The notes under the pieces: model-generated
Seen by the model: only the letters and a program-made list of their open reading frames with translations
Database searches by the model: none
What the model was told of the DNA's origin: nothing
In this document: positions 1 to 8,092 of the stretch, piece after piece
Position numbering within the stretch: the first letter of the stretch is position 1
Layout: every line of letters begins with the position of its first letter
Translations under genes and position numbers: made by a program
NCBI GenBank assembly: GCA_038214545.1
Contig: JBBQRU010000106.1
Location: forward strand, 1 to 19,631
DNA: 19,631 bases
Reading direction: 5' to 3'
Source of the DNA: Cyanophyceae cyanobacterium
GTDB taxonomy: Bacteria; Cyanobacteriota; Cyanobacteriia; Cyanobacteriales; Nostocaceae

Positions 1-524
1 ATTTTTATTACCCCTATTAACGACCTTCAAAAACAGATTCTTTCATTGATGAAAATGCCTGAATCACTTTATATGCTCGAAGTTAACCTGTGTAAGACAT
101 AATTACTTCTCATGAGGACAAAATGAGCGAACGGACAGCACTAGAGCTTGGATAAGTTCGATATAAGCTTGGACACGTTGTTCAGACATTAGTATTTATA
201 AATATAGAGTACCTTTTTATACTCATTCTAGTTCGCCATTTATCAATTATTTGTGAGAAATATAACTATTGCGGGCTTAAGTATGACTAGGTAGGGATTA
301 TATTGTGCTAGAGATTTTTGTAACTTAGTTCTGGATTTGCTCAAATAGTTTTTGCGACTCACTTACTCTTCCGTGGTTAAAAGCCCAGAAAACTTTGGCT
401 ATGCTAAATTTGTAGATAGATAGTCATCTTACAAAGCTGTAGTCCAGGTTCTGTATACCTGACTGGTACGCCAGCCTTTGGTCTTCTGCCGCGTATATCG
501 CTTTTGTACTGAGGCATATCTGCT

Positions 525-592
525 GTTTGATTAGCTCAGTGGTAGAGCACCGAGGTTCTCGGTTGACGTGGGTTCAAATCCGACATCAAACT
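525..592 (+). tRNA. tRNA-like gene, probably a pseudo or non-decoding tRNA: cloverleaf with a collapsed anticodon arm
   Basis: Acceptor gtttgat/atcaaac pairs perfectly over 7 bp. D-arm gctc-agtggta-gagc is canonical. T-loop ttcaaat sits in a 5-bp stem with one G:G mismatch. The anticodon region ccgag-gtt-ctcgg folds as a 5-bp stem with a 3-nt loop. The alternative 7-nt loop aggttct has G33 and C37. No encoded CCA. Total length 68 nt. Confidence 0.45.
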
Positions 593-594
593 CC

Positions 595-666
595 GGGAAG
601 TTAGCTCAAAGGTAGAGCAGTCGGCTAATCACCGATGGGTTACAGGTTCGAGTCCTGTACTTTTCC
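595..666 (+). tRNA. tRNA gene with a non-canonical anticodon loop cuAAUca (A34, C37); isotype not assignable
   Basis: 7-bp acceptor gggaagt/acttttc (with G:U pairs). D-arm gctc-aaaggta-gagc. Anticodon stem gtcgg/ccgat. 5-nt variable loop. T-arm acagg-ttcgagt-cctgt is perfect. It starts 2 nt after the previous tRNA-like gene and is followed by acca. Confidence 0.55.
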
Positions 667-689
667 ACCAACCTCGCCCTAGGTAAGGG

Positions 690-770
690 CACCTTTTTGT
701 GCAAAAGGCAGCGAGAATCGCTAAAAAATGGTACGGGAGAAATCCCAATTCGGTTCGAGTCCGTTATCTT
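690..770 (+). other. Structured non-coding segment with a tRNA T-arm-like fragment (ggttcgagtcc identical to the preceding tRNA) and small hairpins; possible tRNA remnant
   Basis: Motif tcggttcgagtccg at 750-763 has only a 3-bp stem. ggga-GAAA-tccc hairpin at 735-746. gcga-gaa-tcgc hairpin at 711-721. Alternative hairpins cctttt/aaaagg and gcac/gtgc at 692-709. No full cloverleaf could be built. Confidence 0.25.
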
Positions 771-1001
771 TATGCTCTGCTATGTAGGTGTAAAGAGTGA
801 TAGTTAAGGAGCCAGCGCGATCGCCAACTTCCCCCACTTGAGTATGTTATGAGCGTTTGTCAAATCCTCTATCTCACTTGAGATATGGGAACTGGTAAAT
901 GGAACGGCATATCTGAGGACTGTTTGATTTTTCGGACTTATCCTTGGGTAGTCGAGAAACAGCAGTAATCTTGATCGGGTTTGGGAATAGCGATCGCCCG
1001 C

Positions 1002-1036
1002 ACCACAACTGTCAACACCTACATTGTCAGAGTTAA
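1002..1036. repeat. 35-bp direct repeat, copy 1 (accacaactgtcaacacctacattgtcagagttaa)
   Basis: Identical 35-mer recurs at 1613-1647. The two copies bracket the toxin-antitoxin pair. Confidence 0.9.
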
Positions 1037-1098
1037 TCAATCTTTGATGAAGATTTGTGATAATTGGTAGTGTCTCCGTTAAAAAAGAGAATTTTTAG

Positions 1099-1317
1099 AT
1101 GACAAAGCTACTTGAGCAGGCAATTGCAAAGCTGAAAACTTTGCCCCTTGATGAGCAAGATTCAATTGCAGCAATGATTTTAGCAGAACTTGAAGATGAG
1201 CGTCGTTGGGATGAGTCATTTGCACATTCCCCAGATCTGTTGGCTAAACTTGCGGCCGAGGCAATGGCGGAACATCGTGCAGGCGAAACTCAAGAGTTAG
1301 ATCCAGAAACATTGTGA
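1099..1317 (+). CDS. Type II antitoxin (small acidic addiction-module antitoxin, 72 aa)
   Basis: Small ORF directly upstream of a RelE/ParE-like toxin, overlapping it by 4 nt (GTGA). Acidic C-terminal half (ELEDERRWDESF...) typical of cyanobacterial antitoxins. AGAGAA SD-like sequence before the ATG. Confidence 0.7.
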   Translation: MTKLLEQAIAKLKTLPLDEQDSIAAMILAELEDERRWDESFAHSPDLLAKLAAEAMAEHRAGETQELDPETL

Positions 1318-1583
1318 AATCTCGTAGAACCGCTCAGTTTCGGAAAATGTTTGCTGATTTACCGGAGCAAATTCAAGATCTTGCCCGCGAGGCATATCGG
1401 CAATTCAAGCAAGATCCAAGTTATCCCAGTCTACGATTCAAAAAAGTCCATCCCATTTTGCCAATCTATTCCGCACGCATCAGTAAATATTATCGAGCAG
1501 TAGGTCAATTAGACCGTGATACTGTAATCTGGTTCTGGATTGGTTCTCATGCAGAATACGACAAGCTGCTCGATCAATTGTAG
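1314..1583 (+). CDS. Type II toxin, RelE/ParE superfamily (89 aa, GTG start overlapping antitoxin stop)
   Basis: C-terminal RISKYYRAVGQLDRDTVIWFWIGSHAEYDKL resembles the RelE/ParE core (R-x-YR...v.vlrigHR.d.Y). Size and toxin-downstream arrangement fit. Confidence 0.7.
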   Translation: MKSRRTAQFRKMFADLPEQIQDLAREAYRQFKQDPSYPSLRFKKVHPILPIYSARISKYYRAVGQLDRDTVIWFWIGSHAEYDKLLDQL

Positions 1584-1612
1584 GAACGCCAGTTGTGTTT
1601 AAATTTTGCAAA

Positions 1613-1647
1613 ACCACAACTGTCAACACCTACATTGTCAGAGTTAA
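1613..1647. repeat. 35-bp direct repeat, copy 2
   Basis: Perfect match to 1002-1036. It lies inside the spurious 5' extension of the 1595-3262 ORF. Confidence 0.9.
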
Positions 1648-1732
1648 AAATTTGTTGTATTATATATACTACAAGAGTTATAACAGTACCGAACGAATAT
1701 CTTCCATCGGGCAAGTTTGCCTATCTTTAGCC

Positions 1733-3262
1733 ATGAAAATTTCTATGTGGGAAACTTTTTATATCAAACCCAACGAAATAGGCATTTTATATCACCGGAG
1801 TGACTTCCAGAAAATTTTGCGCCCTGGTACTTATAGGTATTTTGGTTGGCATTGGCAAGTAACAACTTATGACCTCAACCAGCCAGAAGCTAAAATAGAA
1901 AACTTAGAGTTGCTGTTGCGGAACCATGCTGTACTACAGCAAGATCTTTTAGTAGTACGCACAGCATTCAACCAAGCAGCTTTAGTGCGCTGGTGTCAAA
2001 ATTGGGTAAGTGTTGCACCCAACCAACTGCGAGCTTTTTGGCGTGGTTTTATAGACGTAGAATCTCATCTCTTCAACTTAGAAGAGAATTTAGAACTCCC
2101 TGGGGAATTCGTGCAGCAATTACGCGGTATTACTTTAAATGGATTGAAAAAGTACCAAATCTCCGAGTCTGAGATGGGGCTATTGTATGTACAGAATAAT
2201 TTTATCCGACCTCTCGAACCTGGTGATTATGCATTCTGGTCTGTGGATCGAGATGTCAAGATTCAGACTTTGAGCCGAATTATACCTAATCCGCAATTTC
2301 CCTTAGAAGATGTGTTGATTCAACATCCTGATTTTGTCGCCGCCTATTGTGAAATTGTGCAGTTAACTGGTCAGCAGGTAGGGATTGTGCGCTATCAAGG
2401 TAAGGTGATTGCTATCCTCCCACCACACAGCCGTAAACTATTTTGGCAAGGAGTTGAAGTCGAAGCAATTGAGATTACAAATGAAGCCAAGTTACCACCC
2501 GACTTAGTTGCAGAGTTAGTTTCTGGTTCATCTGAGATACTTTCTTTAAGCCACAATTCTTTACATATTTGTGAAGTTAAAGCGCAGCATGTCGGGCTAC
2601 TGTACGTTAATCAAGAGTTTCAATTTCAACTTCCACCGGGAATACATGCTTGGTGGATATTTGGACGTTCTTGGCAAACAGAAGTCATTGACCTCCGCTT
2701 GCAAACTATCGAATTATCAGGTCAAGATATTCTCTCTAAAGATAAAGTCCCGCTGCGCTTGAATTTAACTGCTGGTTTCCGGGTGACAGACCCATTACCA
2801 GCTAAGAATGGTTTGTCGGATATTGCTAGCTTTTTGTATAGAGAGCTACAGTTTGCTCTGCGTGGAGCTGTTGGCGAACGGACACTAGATGCTTTACTGG
2901 AAGATAAGGGGGCGATCGATAGAAGCATTGCTGATTACATTCGCCAGAAAACTCTCAACTACGGCATAGAATTTGAATCTGTGGGAGTGAAAGATATTAT
3001 TCTTCCGGGTGAGATTAAGACTATTTTGAGTAAGGTTGTAGAAGCAGAAAAAGCAGCCCAAGCAAACGTCGTGCGTCGTCGAGAAGAAACTGCAGCGACT
3101 CGCAGTATGTTAAATACTGCCAAAGTCATGGAAGATAACCCTGTCGCCTTGCGCTTGAAGGAACTAGAGGTGCTAGAACGGATTGCGGAGAAGATAGATC
3201 GAATTCAGGTTAACGGTAGCTTGGATAACATCTTAACAGACTTGATTCGCATTAACAGATAG
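1733..3262 (+). CDS. SPFH/band-7 (stomatin/prohibitin/HflKC-like, slipin family) protein with three extra N-terminal SPFH-start-like modules
   Basis: C-terminal ~250 aa match SPFH hallmarks: GLLYVNQEF..LPPGIHAWW..VIDLRLQ..DKVPLRLNLTAGFRVTDP, then a coiled-coil EAEKAAQANVVRRREETAA. Start moved to M47 (ATG 1733) because 1595-1732 contains the 35-bp repeat. No N-terminal TM segment is evident. Confidence 0.7.
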   Translation: MKISMWETFYIKPNEIGILYHRSDFQKILRPGTYRYFGWHWQVTTYDLNQPEAKIENLELLLRNHAVLQQDLLVVRTAFNQAALVRWCQNWVSVAPNQLRAFWRGFIDVESHLFNLEENLELPGEFVQQLRGITLNGLKKYQISESEMGLLYVQNNFIRPLEPGDYAFWSVDRDVKIQTLSRIIPNPQFPLEDVLIQHPDFVAAYCEIVQLTGQQVGIVRYQGKVIAILPPHSRKLFWQGVEVEAIEITNEAKLPPDLVAELVSGSSEILSLSHNSLHICEVKAQHVGLLYVNQEFQFQLPPGIHAWWIFGRSWQTEVIDLRLQTIELSGQDILSKDKVPLRLNLTAGFRVTDPLPAKNGLSDIASFLYRELQFALRGAVGERTLDALLEDKGAIDRSIADYIRQKTLNYGIEFESVGVKDIILPGEIKTILSKVVEAEKAAQANVVRRREETAATRSMLNTAKVMEDNPVALRLKELEVLERIAEKIDRIQVNGSLDNILTDLIRINR

Positions 3263-3281
3263 TTAGTTTTTTCGGCTCAAT

Positions 3282-4043
3282 TCACTGGGCAGTCATCCCA
3301 CCATCAGCAGCAATGACGGAACCAGTCATGAATGACGCCTCATCAGATGCAAAAAGTGCAAGGTGGGCGATCTCCCGTGGCTCACCTGGGCGACCGATCG
3401 GTTGGAAGGAGTCGATTGTGCTGTATACTTTCTCCAATCCACCCAGCATCTCGGCGTGTGCGTAGTTGATCGGCGTGTCCACCCATCCAGGACAGATCAC
3501 ATTGCAACGAATGCCTTTTTTAGCGTAATCAAGGGCAACACCGCGAGTCAGCATCACAACAGCACCTTTAGAAGCCGAGTAAACTGCCAAAAACGGTTCT
3601 GAGACTAGTCCGTTGACACTAGAGATATTAACGATTGAGCCGCCACCATTATTCAGCATATACGGAATCGCTGCCCGACACCCGTAGATCGGACTTTTGA
3701 CATTCACATTAAGTGTTTTGTCAATCACTTCATCAGGAACTTCATGCAGTACGCCGGGGATGTTTACACCAGCATTGTTGACAAGCACGTCAATTTTTCC
3801 GTAAAGTTCTACACACCGCGCAACGAAAGCGTTTACTTGTAGAGGGTCGCTAACATCAGCCGCAAATGCTTCAGCTATACCACCTGCATGACGGATACTC
3901 TCAGAAGTAGCGATCGCAGTTTCACCCTTGAGGTCAACACAGAGTATTTTCCCACCTTCCTCCGCCAGCCGTTCCGCAATTGCTTTACCAATGCCAGAAC
4001 CGGCACCCGTGACAACACATGCTTTATTCTCCACTCTTCTCAT
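3282..4043 (-). CDS. SDR-family NAD(P)-dependent oxidoreductase (classical short-chain dehydrogenase)
   Basis: TGAGSGIGKA Rossmann motif, NNAG, and catalytic YSASKGAV; 253 aa. Confidence 0.85.
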   Translation of the reverse strand: MRRVENKACVVTGAGSGIGKAIAERLAEEGGKILCVDLKGETAIATSESIRHAGGIAEAFAADVSDPLQVNAFVARCVELYGKIDVLVNNAGVNIPGVLHEVPDEVIDKTLNVNVKSPIYGCRAAIPYMLNNGGGSIVNISSVNGLVSEPFLAVYSASKGAVVMLTRGVALDYAKKGIRCNVICPGWVDTPINYAHAEMLGGLEKVYSTIDSFQPIGRPGEPREIAHLALFASDEASFMTGSVIAADGGMTAQ

Positions 4044-4377
4044 ATTCTATTTCCTGAATAACCGCACTTTCCGCCATTATTAATGTTTATTGACATAAAA
4101 ATTCACCTAAAAAGCGAAATTAACAAAATATAAGTTGTGTGCCAGTATCCTTAAATACAATATTGTGATTGCAAGCTTGATTTACTAGAGTTTAGCTCTG
4201 TTGGAGTGCTTGCAATAGTTGAAATATGCCGACCAAATCAGATATCTCTTGAGAAATGTTGCAACATGTCAACTGCTAATACTTAGTATTTATGACTGCA
4301 AACTTGCGCTCGCAAATTGCGTAATATTCAGGAAAAATTTCGGTCTTTTCAATTAAACTATTTACTAGCTTGAGGGT

Positions 4378-5841
4378 TTGAGCATGACTACTAAAATAGA
4401 AGCAAGACAAAGCAATTCTGGTCTGCGTTCCGACTGCCTTCCCTTCTCCGATGTGATCGCCCAATCGATCGCTAACATTGCCCCGACGCTAACACCGACA
4501 ATAAATGCTCCATTGGTGTTTGCTACTGCTGGAGTTGGCACTTGGTTGACTTACATGTTTGCTACTATTGGCTTGATATTTGTTGGTATCAATATTAACC
4601 AATTTGCTCGCCGCTCTGCCTCACCCGGTTCTTTATATGCCTACATTGCCAGAGGATTAGGTCCAACGGCTGGTGTAATTACTGGTTGGGCATTGATTTT
4701 GGCTTACGTATTTACCGCAATGGCAGTGATGTGTGGCTTTGCCAACTATGGCGAAGTTGTACTTAGTCCGTTAGGCATTCATCCCTCACCAATATTTCTG
4801 TTTGCTATCTGTACTGGTATTGCTTGGTATATCGCCTATCGCGACATCAAGCTATCCACTGTGATCATGCTGTTGATGGAAGCAGGCTCGGTGGCGTTGA
4901 TTGTTATTTTGGGTGCGATCGTCTTGTTCAAGAAAGGTTACGCAATTGATGCCTCTCAATTATCACTCCAAGGAGCTAAGCCGGGAGGGATTATGTTGGG
5001 TTTGGTATTGGCAGTATTCAGCTTTGTGGGGTTTGAAAGTGCGACAACACTGGGAGATGAAGCCAAGCGTCCGTTACAGAATATTCCGCGTGCAGTCATC
5101 ATCAGCACTGTAATTTCTGGGTTATTCTTTGTGCTTATTTCCTACGTTGAGATCATCGGTTTTGAAGGCTTCAAAACACCGTTTGACAAAAGCGAAGCAC
5201 CACTGAGCGATCTGGCTAATATTGCGGGAGTGGGATTTTTTGGCGTATTGATTGCGATCGGGGCGATGATTAGCTTCTTTGCTTGTACTCTAGCTAGTAT
5301 CAATGCGGGAGCGCGAATCTTCTTCTCGATGGGTCGGCATGGTATTTTCCACAATGTCATTGGTCAGGCGCATGGTAGTAATGAGACACCTCATGTTGCT
5401 GTGACACTAGCAGCGATCGTCACTTTTCTGGCTCCGGCTTCCACTACCCTATTTGGCGTGAAACTCCTAGATAATTACGGCTACTTTGGCACGATCGCTA
5501 CCTATGGTTTCTTAGTTGCCTATATTTTGATTTCGATCGCTGCTCCCGTCTATCTCCACCGCGAACATCAACTACGCTTTACAGATGTCCTGTTCTCCGT
5601 TCTCGGAATCGGATTCATGATAATTCCAGTACTTGGGAGTGTGGGTCTTCCTGGTAAAGATAGTTTATTTCCCATACCTGCAGCGCCTTACAATGTCTTC
5701 CCCTACTTGTTCTTACTTTACTTGGTCGCCGGCGGTGCTTGGTTCCTAATTATACGTCTGCGTTCTCCAGAAATTATCGAGCAGATGGAAGCTGACATTG
5801 AAACCTCTCATACTCGTTTTAACGCCATGAAAAAAGTCTGA
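4378..5841 (+). CDS. APC-superfamily amino acid/amine permease (12-TM)
   Basis: 487 aa, multiple hydrophobic helices, APC-family-like N-terminal region (AQSIANIAPTLTP...GSLYAYI). GAGGG SD before the ATG. Exact substrate not inferable. Confidence 0.75.
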   Translation: MSMTTKIEARQSNSGLRSDCLPFSDVIAQSIANIAPTLTPTINAPLVFATAGVGTWLTYMFATIGLIFVGININQFARRSASPGSLYAYIARGLGPTAGVITGWALILAYVFTAMAVMCGFANYGEVVLSPLGIHPSPIFLFAICTGIAWYIAYRDIKLSTVIMLLMEAGSVALIVILGAIVLFKKGYAIDASQLSLQGAKPGGIMLGLVLAVFSFVGFESATTLGDEAKRPLQNIPRAVIISTVISGLFFVLISYVEIIGFEGFKTPFDKSEAPLSDLANIAGVGFFGVLIAIGAMISFFACTLASINAGARIFFSMGRHGIFHNVIGQAHGSNETPHVAVTLAAIVTFLAPASTTLFGVKLLDNYGYFGTIATYGFLVAYILISIAAPVYLHREHQLRFTDVLFSVLGIGFMIIPVLGSVGLPGKDSLFPIPAAPYNVFPYLFLLYLVAGGAWFLIIRLRSPEIIEQMEADIETSHTRFNAMKKV

Positions 5842-5844
5842 AAT

Positions 5845-5938
5845 AGGGTGTGGGGTGCAGGAGAACAGAATATGCGCTTCCTCCTAGACTCTTTCCATTT
5901 GTCGAATGGGATTTCCCCACACCCACCCCTACACCCCA
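5845..5938 (+). terminator. G-rich/C-rich inverted repeat (agggtgtggggtg ... ccccacaccc) plus inner hairpins immediately after the permease stop; possible intrinsic terminator or RNA stability structure
   Basis: gggtgtgggg at 5846-5855 is complementary to ccccacaccc at 5916-5925. No clean U-run follows. Confidence 0.3.
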
Positions 5939-5983
5939 TTCTTGCTCAGCCTGTTGCAATTAACGAAGAATGGAATTAGATCG

Positions 5984-6025
5984 GTAACACTGCATACATA
6001 TTTGCAATAGCTTGAGAGATAGCGT
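5984..6025 (+). promoter_or_regulatory. NtcA-type (class II CRP-family) activated promoter: GTAacactgcaTAC-N22-TAGCGT
   Basis: GTA-N8-TAC at 5984-5997. TAN3T -10 box at 6020-6025, exactly 22 nt downstream. 30 nt upstream of the amine oxidase ATG (6055). Confidence 0.5.
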
Positions 6026-6054
6026 AGTAAAACTCATATTTGGTGAAAGGTATC

Positions 6055-7998
6055 ATGACGACCACACCTCTACACCCAGCCCCCACACAAATTGCCTCAG
6101 TTGTACATCCCCTCGAACCACTGACAGCGAAAGAAATTGCGGCGGCGGTGGCGATAGTCCGCACCGAAAAGATATTGGGCAGAAGTTTTCGCTTTGCGAC
6201 TGTTGTTTTAAAAGAACCCTCCAAGTCAGTTGTACTCAACTTCAACGATGGCGATAAAATTGAGCGCCAAGCATTTCTGATTTTATTAGATAATGCAACG
6301 GCAAAAACTTATGAGGCGATCGTCTCCATTACCAAGAGCACGATTCTCTCATGGAAAGAAATTCCTGATGTGCAACCAGGGATTATGCTAGATGAGTTTA
6401 TCGAGTGTGAAGCAGCAGTCAAAGCCAATCTGGAATTTCGTGCCGCCTTGCAGAGAAGAGGCATCACCGATATCGATTTGGTCATGGTAGACCCGTGGTC
6501 TGCAGGTAACTTTGGCATTGCCGAAGAAGCCGGATTAAGGCTTTCCCGTGCCTTATGTTGGATTCGCTCAGAACCTCATGATAATGGCTATGCTCGTCCC
6601 ATTGAAGGCGTCATCCCTGTTGTCGATCTCAACACAATGCGAGTGCTGCGGGTCGAAGATCATGGCATTATCCCGTTACCGCCGAATCCAGGTAACTACG
6701 CCCAAGATTATATCCCTCAGTTTCGTACAGATTTGCAACCTCTGGAGATTGTCCAACCGCAAGGACCTAGCTTCCACGTTGAAGGTCATAAAGTCTACTG
6801 GCAAAAGTGGCATTTCCGCATTGGATTTACTCCTCGCGAAGGATTAGTACTACACACTATTGGCTATGAAGACCAGGGACGGATTCGCCCGATTATTTAC
6901 CGAGCATCTTTGGCAGAAATGGTGGTACCATACGGCGATCCGAGTCCGGCGCACTATCGCAAAAATGCTTTTGACGTAGGTGAGTACGGTTTGGGAATGC
7001 TTGCAAACTCACTGACATTAGGCTGCGATTGTCTGGGTGAGATTCGCTACTTTGATGCCACAATGACGAATAGCCGAGGTGATGTAGCTGTGATTGCAAA
7101 TGCGGTGTGTATGCATGAAGAAGATTATGGTACTCTTTGGAAGCATGTAGACTGGCGGAATAACCATACAGAAGTTAGGCGATCGCGGCGTCTAGTAGTA
7201 TCCTTCGTGGCTACGGTTGGTAACTATGAATACGGATTCTTCTGGTATTTCTACCAAGATGGCACTATCCAACATGAGGTCAAGCTGACAGGTATAGTTA
7301 ATACTAGTGCTGTTGCGCCTGGTGTGACACCTAAGTATGGAACGCTGATTGCGCCTGAACTTAATGCTCATATTCACCAACACTTCTTTAACATGCGTTT
7401 AGATATGATGGTGGATGGTCAGAATAACTCGGTGTGCGAAGTTAACACTGAAGCTGTCCCTCGTGGTTCAGAGAATCCGCATGGTAATGCTTTCTTTGCG
7501 TCATCAACTTTATTACCAACAGAATCAGCCGCACAACGGGTAATCGATCCTTTTAGTGGGCGATATTGGAAGATTATCAATCCGTCGGTGCCGAATAGTT
7601 TAGGACAGCCTGTAGGATATAAGTTATCTCCTGGTGACAATATTTTGCCTTTTGCTGATGCTGAATCTAGTTTAATCAAGCGTGCAGGCTATATTAATAA
7701 GCACCTGTGGGTGACTCCTTACAGTCCAGATGAGATGTATCCTGCGGGAAATTATCCCAACCAACATCCAGGCGGTGATGGATTACCCAAGTGGACACAG
7801 GAAAATCGTGCGATTGAGGATACTGACTTGGTGGTATGGTACACCTTCGGACATCATCATGTTCCTCGCCCTGAAGACTGGCCAGTGATGCCTACAGGCT
7901 ATATTGGTTTTATGCTCAAACCCGTGGGGTTCTTCGATCAAAGTCCAGCAATGGATGTACCTCCTTCAGTTCCGAAAAAGGGTGCTTGCTGTAACTAA
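6055..7998 (+). CDS. Copper-containing (topaquinone) primary-amine oxidase
   Basis: TPQ consensus T-x-x-N-Y-E-Y (ATVGNYEYGFFWY). Copper His ligands HIHQHFFNMRLD and GHHHVPRPEDWPVMP. Start at ATG 6055 with GAAAGG SD; the ORF is open from TTG 6040. Confidence 0.9.
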   Translation: MTTTPLHPAPTQIASVVHPLEPLTAKEIAAAVAIVRTEKILGRSFRFATVVLKEPSKSVVLNFNDGDKIERQAFLILLDNATAKTYEAIVSITKSTILSWKEIPDVQPGIMLDEFIECEAAVKANLEFRAALQRRGITDIDLVMVDPWSAGNFGIAEEAGLRLSRALCWIRSEPHDNGYARPIEGVIPVVDLNTMRVLRVEDHGIIPLPPNPGNYAQDYIPQFRTDLQPLEIVQPQGPSFHVEGHKVYWQKWHFRIGFTPREGLVLHTIGYEDQGRIRPIIYRASLAEMVVPYGDPSPAHYRKNAFDVGEYGLGMLANSLTLGCDCLGEIRYFDATMTNSRGDVAVIANAVCMHEEDYGTLWKHVDWRNNHTEVRRSRRLVVSFVATVGNYEYGFFWYFYQDGTIQHEVKLTGIVNTSAVAPGVTPKYGTLIAPELNAHIHQHFFNMRLDMMVDGQNNSVCEVNTEAVPRGSENPHGNAFFASSTLLPTESAAQRVIDPFSGRYWKIINPSVPNSLGQPVGYKLSPGDNILPFADAESSLIKRAGYINKHLWVTPYSPDEMYPAGNYPNQHPGGDGLPKWTQENRAIEDTDLVVWYTFGHHHVPRPEDWPVMPTGYIGFMLKPVGFFDQSPAMDVPPSVPKKGACCN

Positions 7999-8092
7999 CA
8001 TTAGTTTGCTAGAGGTAGTTGACAAGATGCACGGTTCTTGCACACACTGATGAGTGCAATTTTCTGAATCTAATTTGTAAGAAGCTGATGCC

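Noticed and set aside
690-730. Intrinsic terminator after the tRNA genes (hairpins cctttt/aaaagg and gcga/tcgc)
   Set aside because: The stems are followed by A-runs rather than U-runs on the transcribed strand, so they do not meet the rho-independent terminator pattern.
804-1040. 78-aa minus-strand ORF upstream of the TA pair
   Set aside because: It overlaps the first 35-bp repeat and the tRNA-proximal structured region. It has no recognisable domain or RBS and is probably non-coding.
1002-1647. Possibility that the 35-bp direct repeats are a CRISPR array
   Set aside because: There are only two copies, separated by 576 bp that encode two proteins. No further evenly spaced repeats or cas genes are present.
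1595-1732. N-terminal 46 codons of the 555-aa ORF (MFKFCKTTTVNTYIVRVKNLLYYIYY...)
   Set aside because: This stretch is the second copy of the 35-bp repeat plus AT-rich spacer read in frame. It has low-complexity Y/K/N composition and no RBS. The real start is more likely ATG 1733 or 1745.
7991-8004. Second NtcA box upstream of mgdA (GTAactaacatTAG)
   Set aside because: The 3' half-site is TAG rather than TAC, and no TAN3T -10 box lies at the required 20-24 nt spacing.
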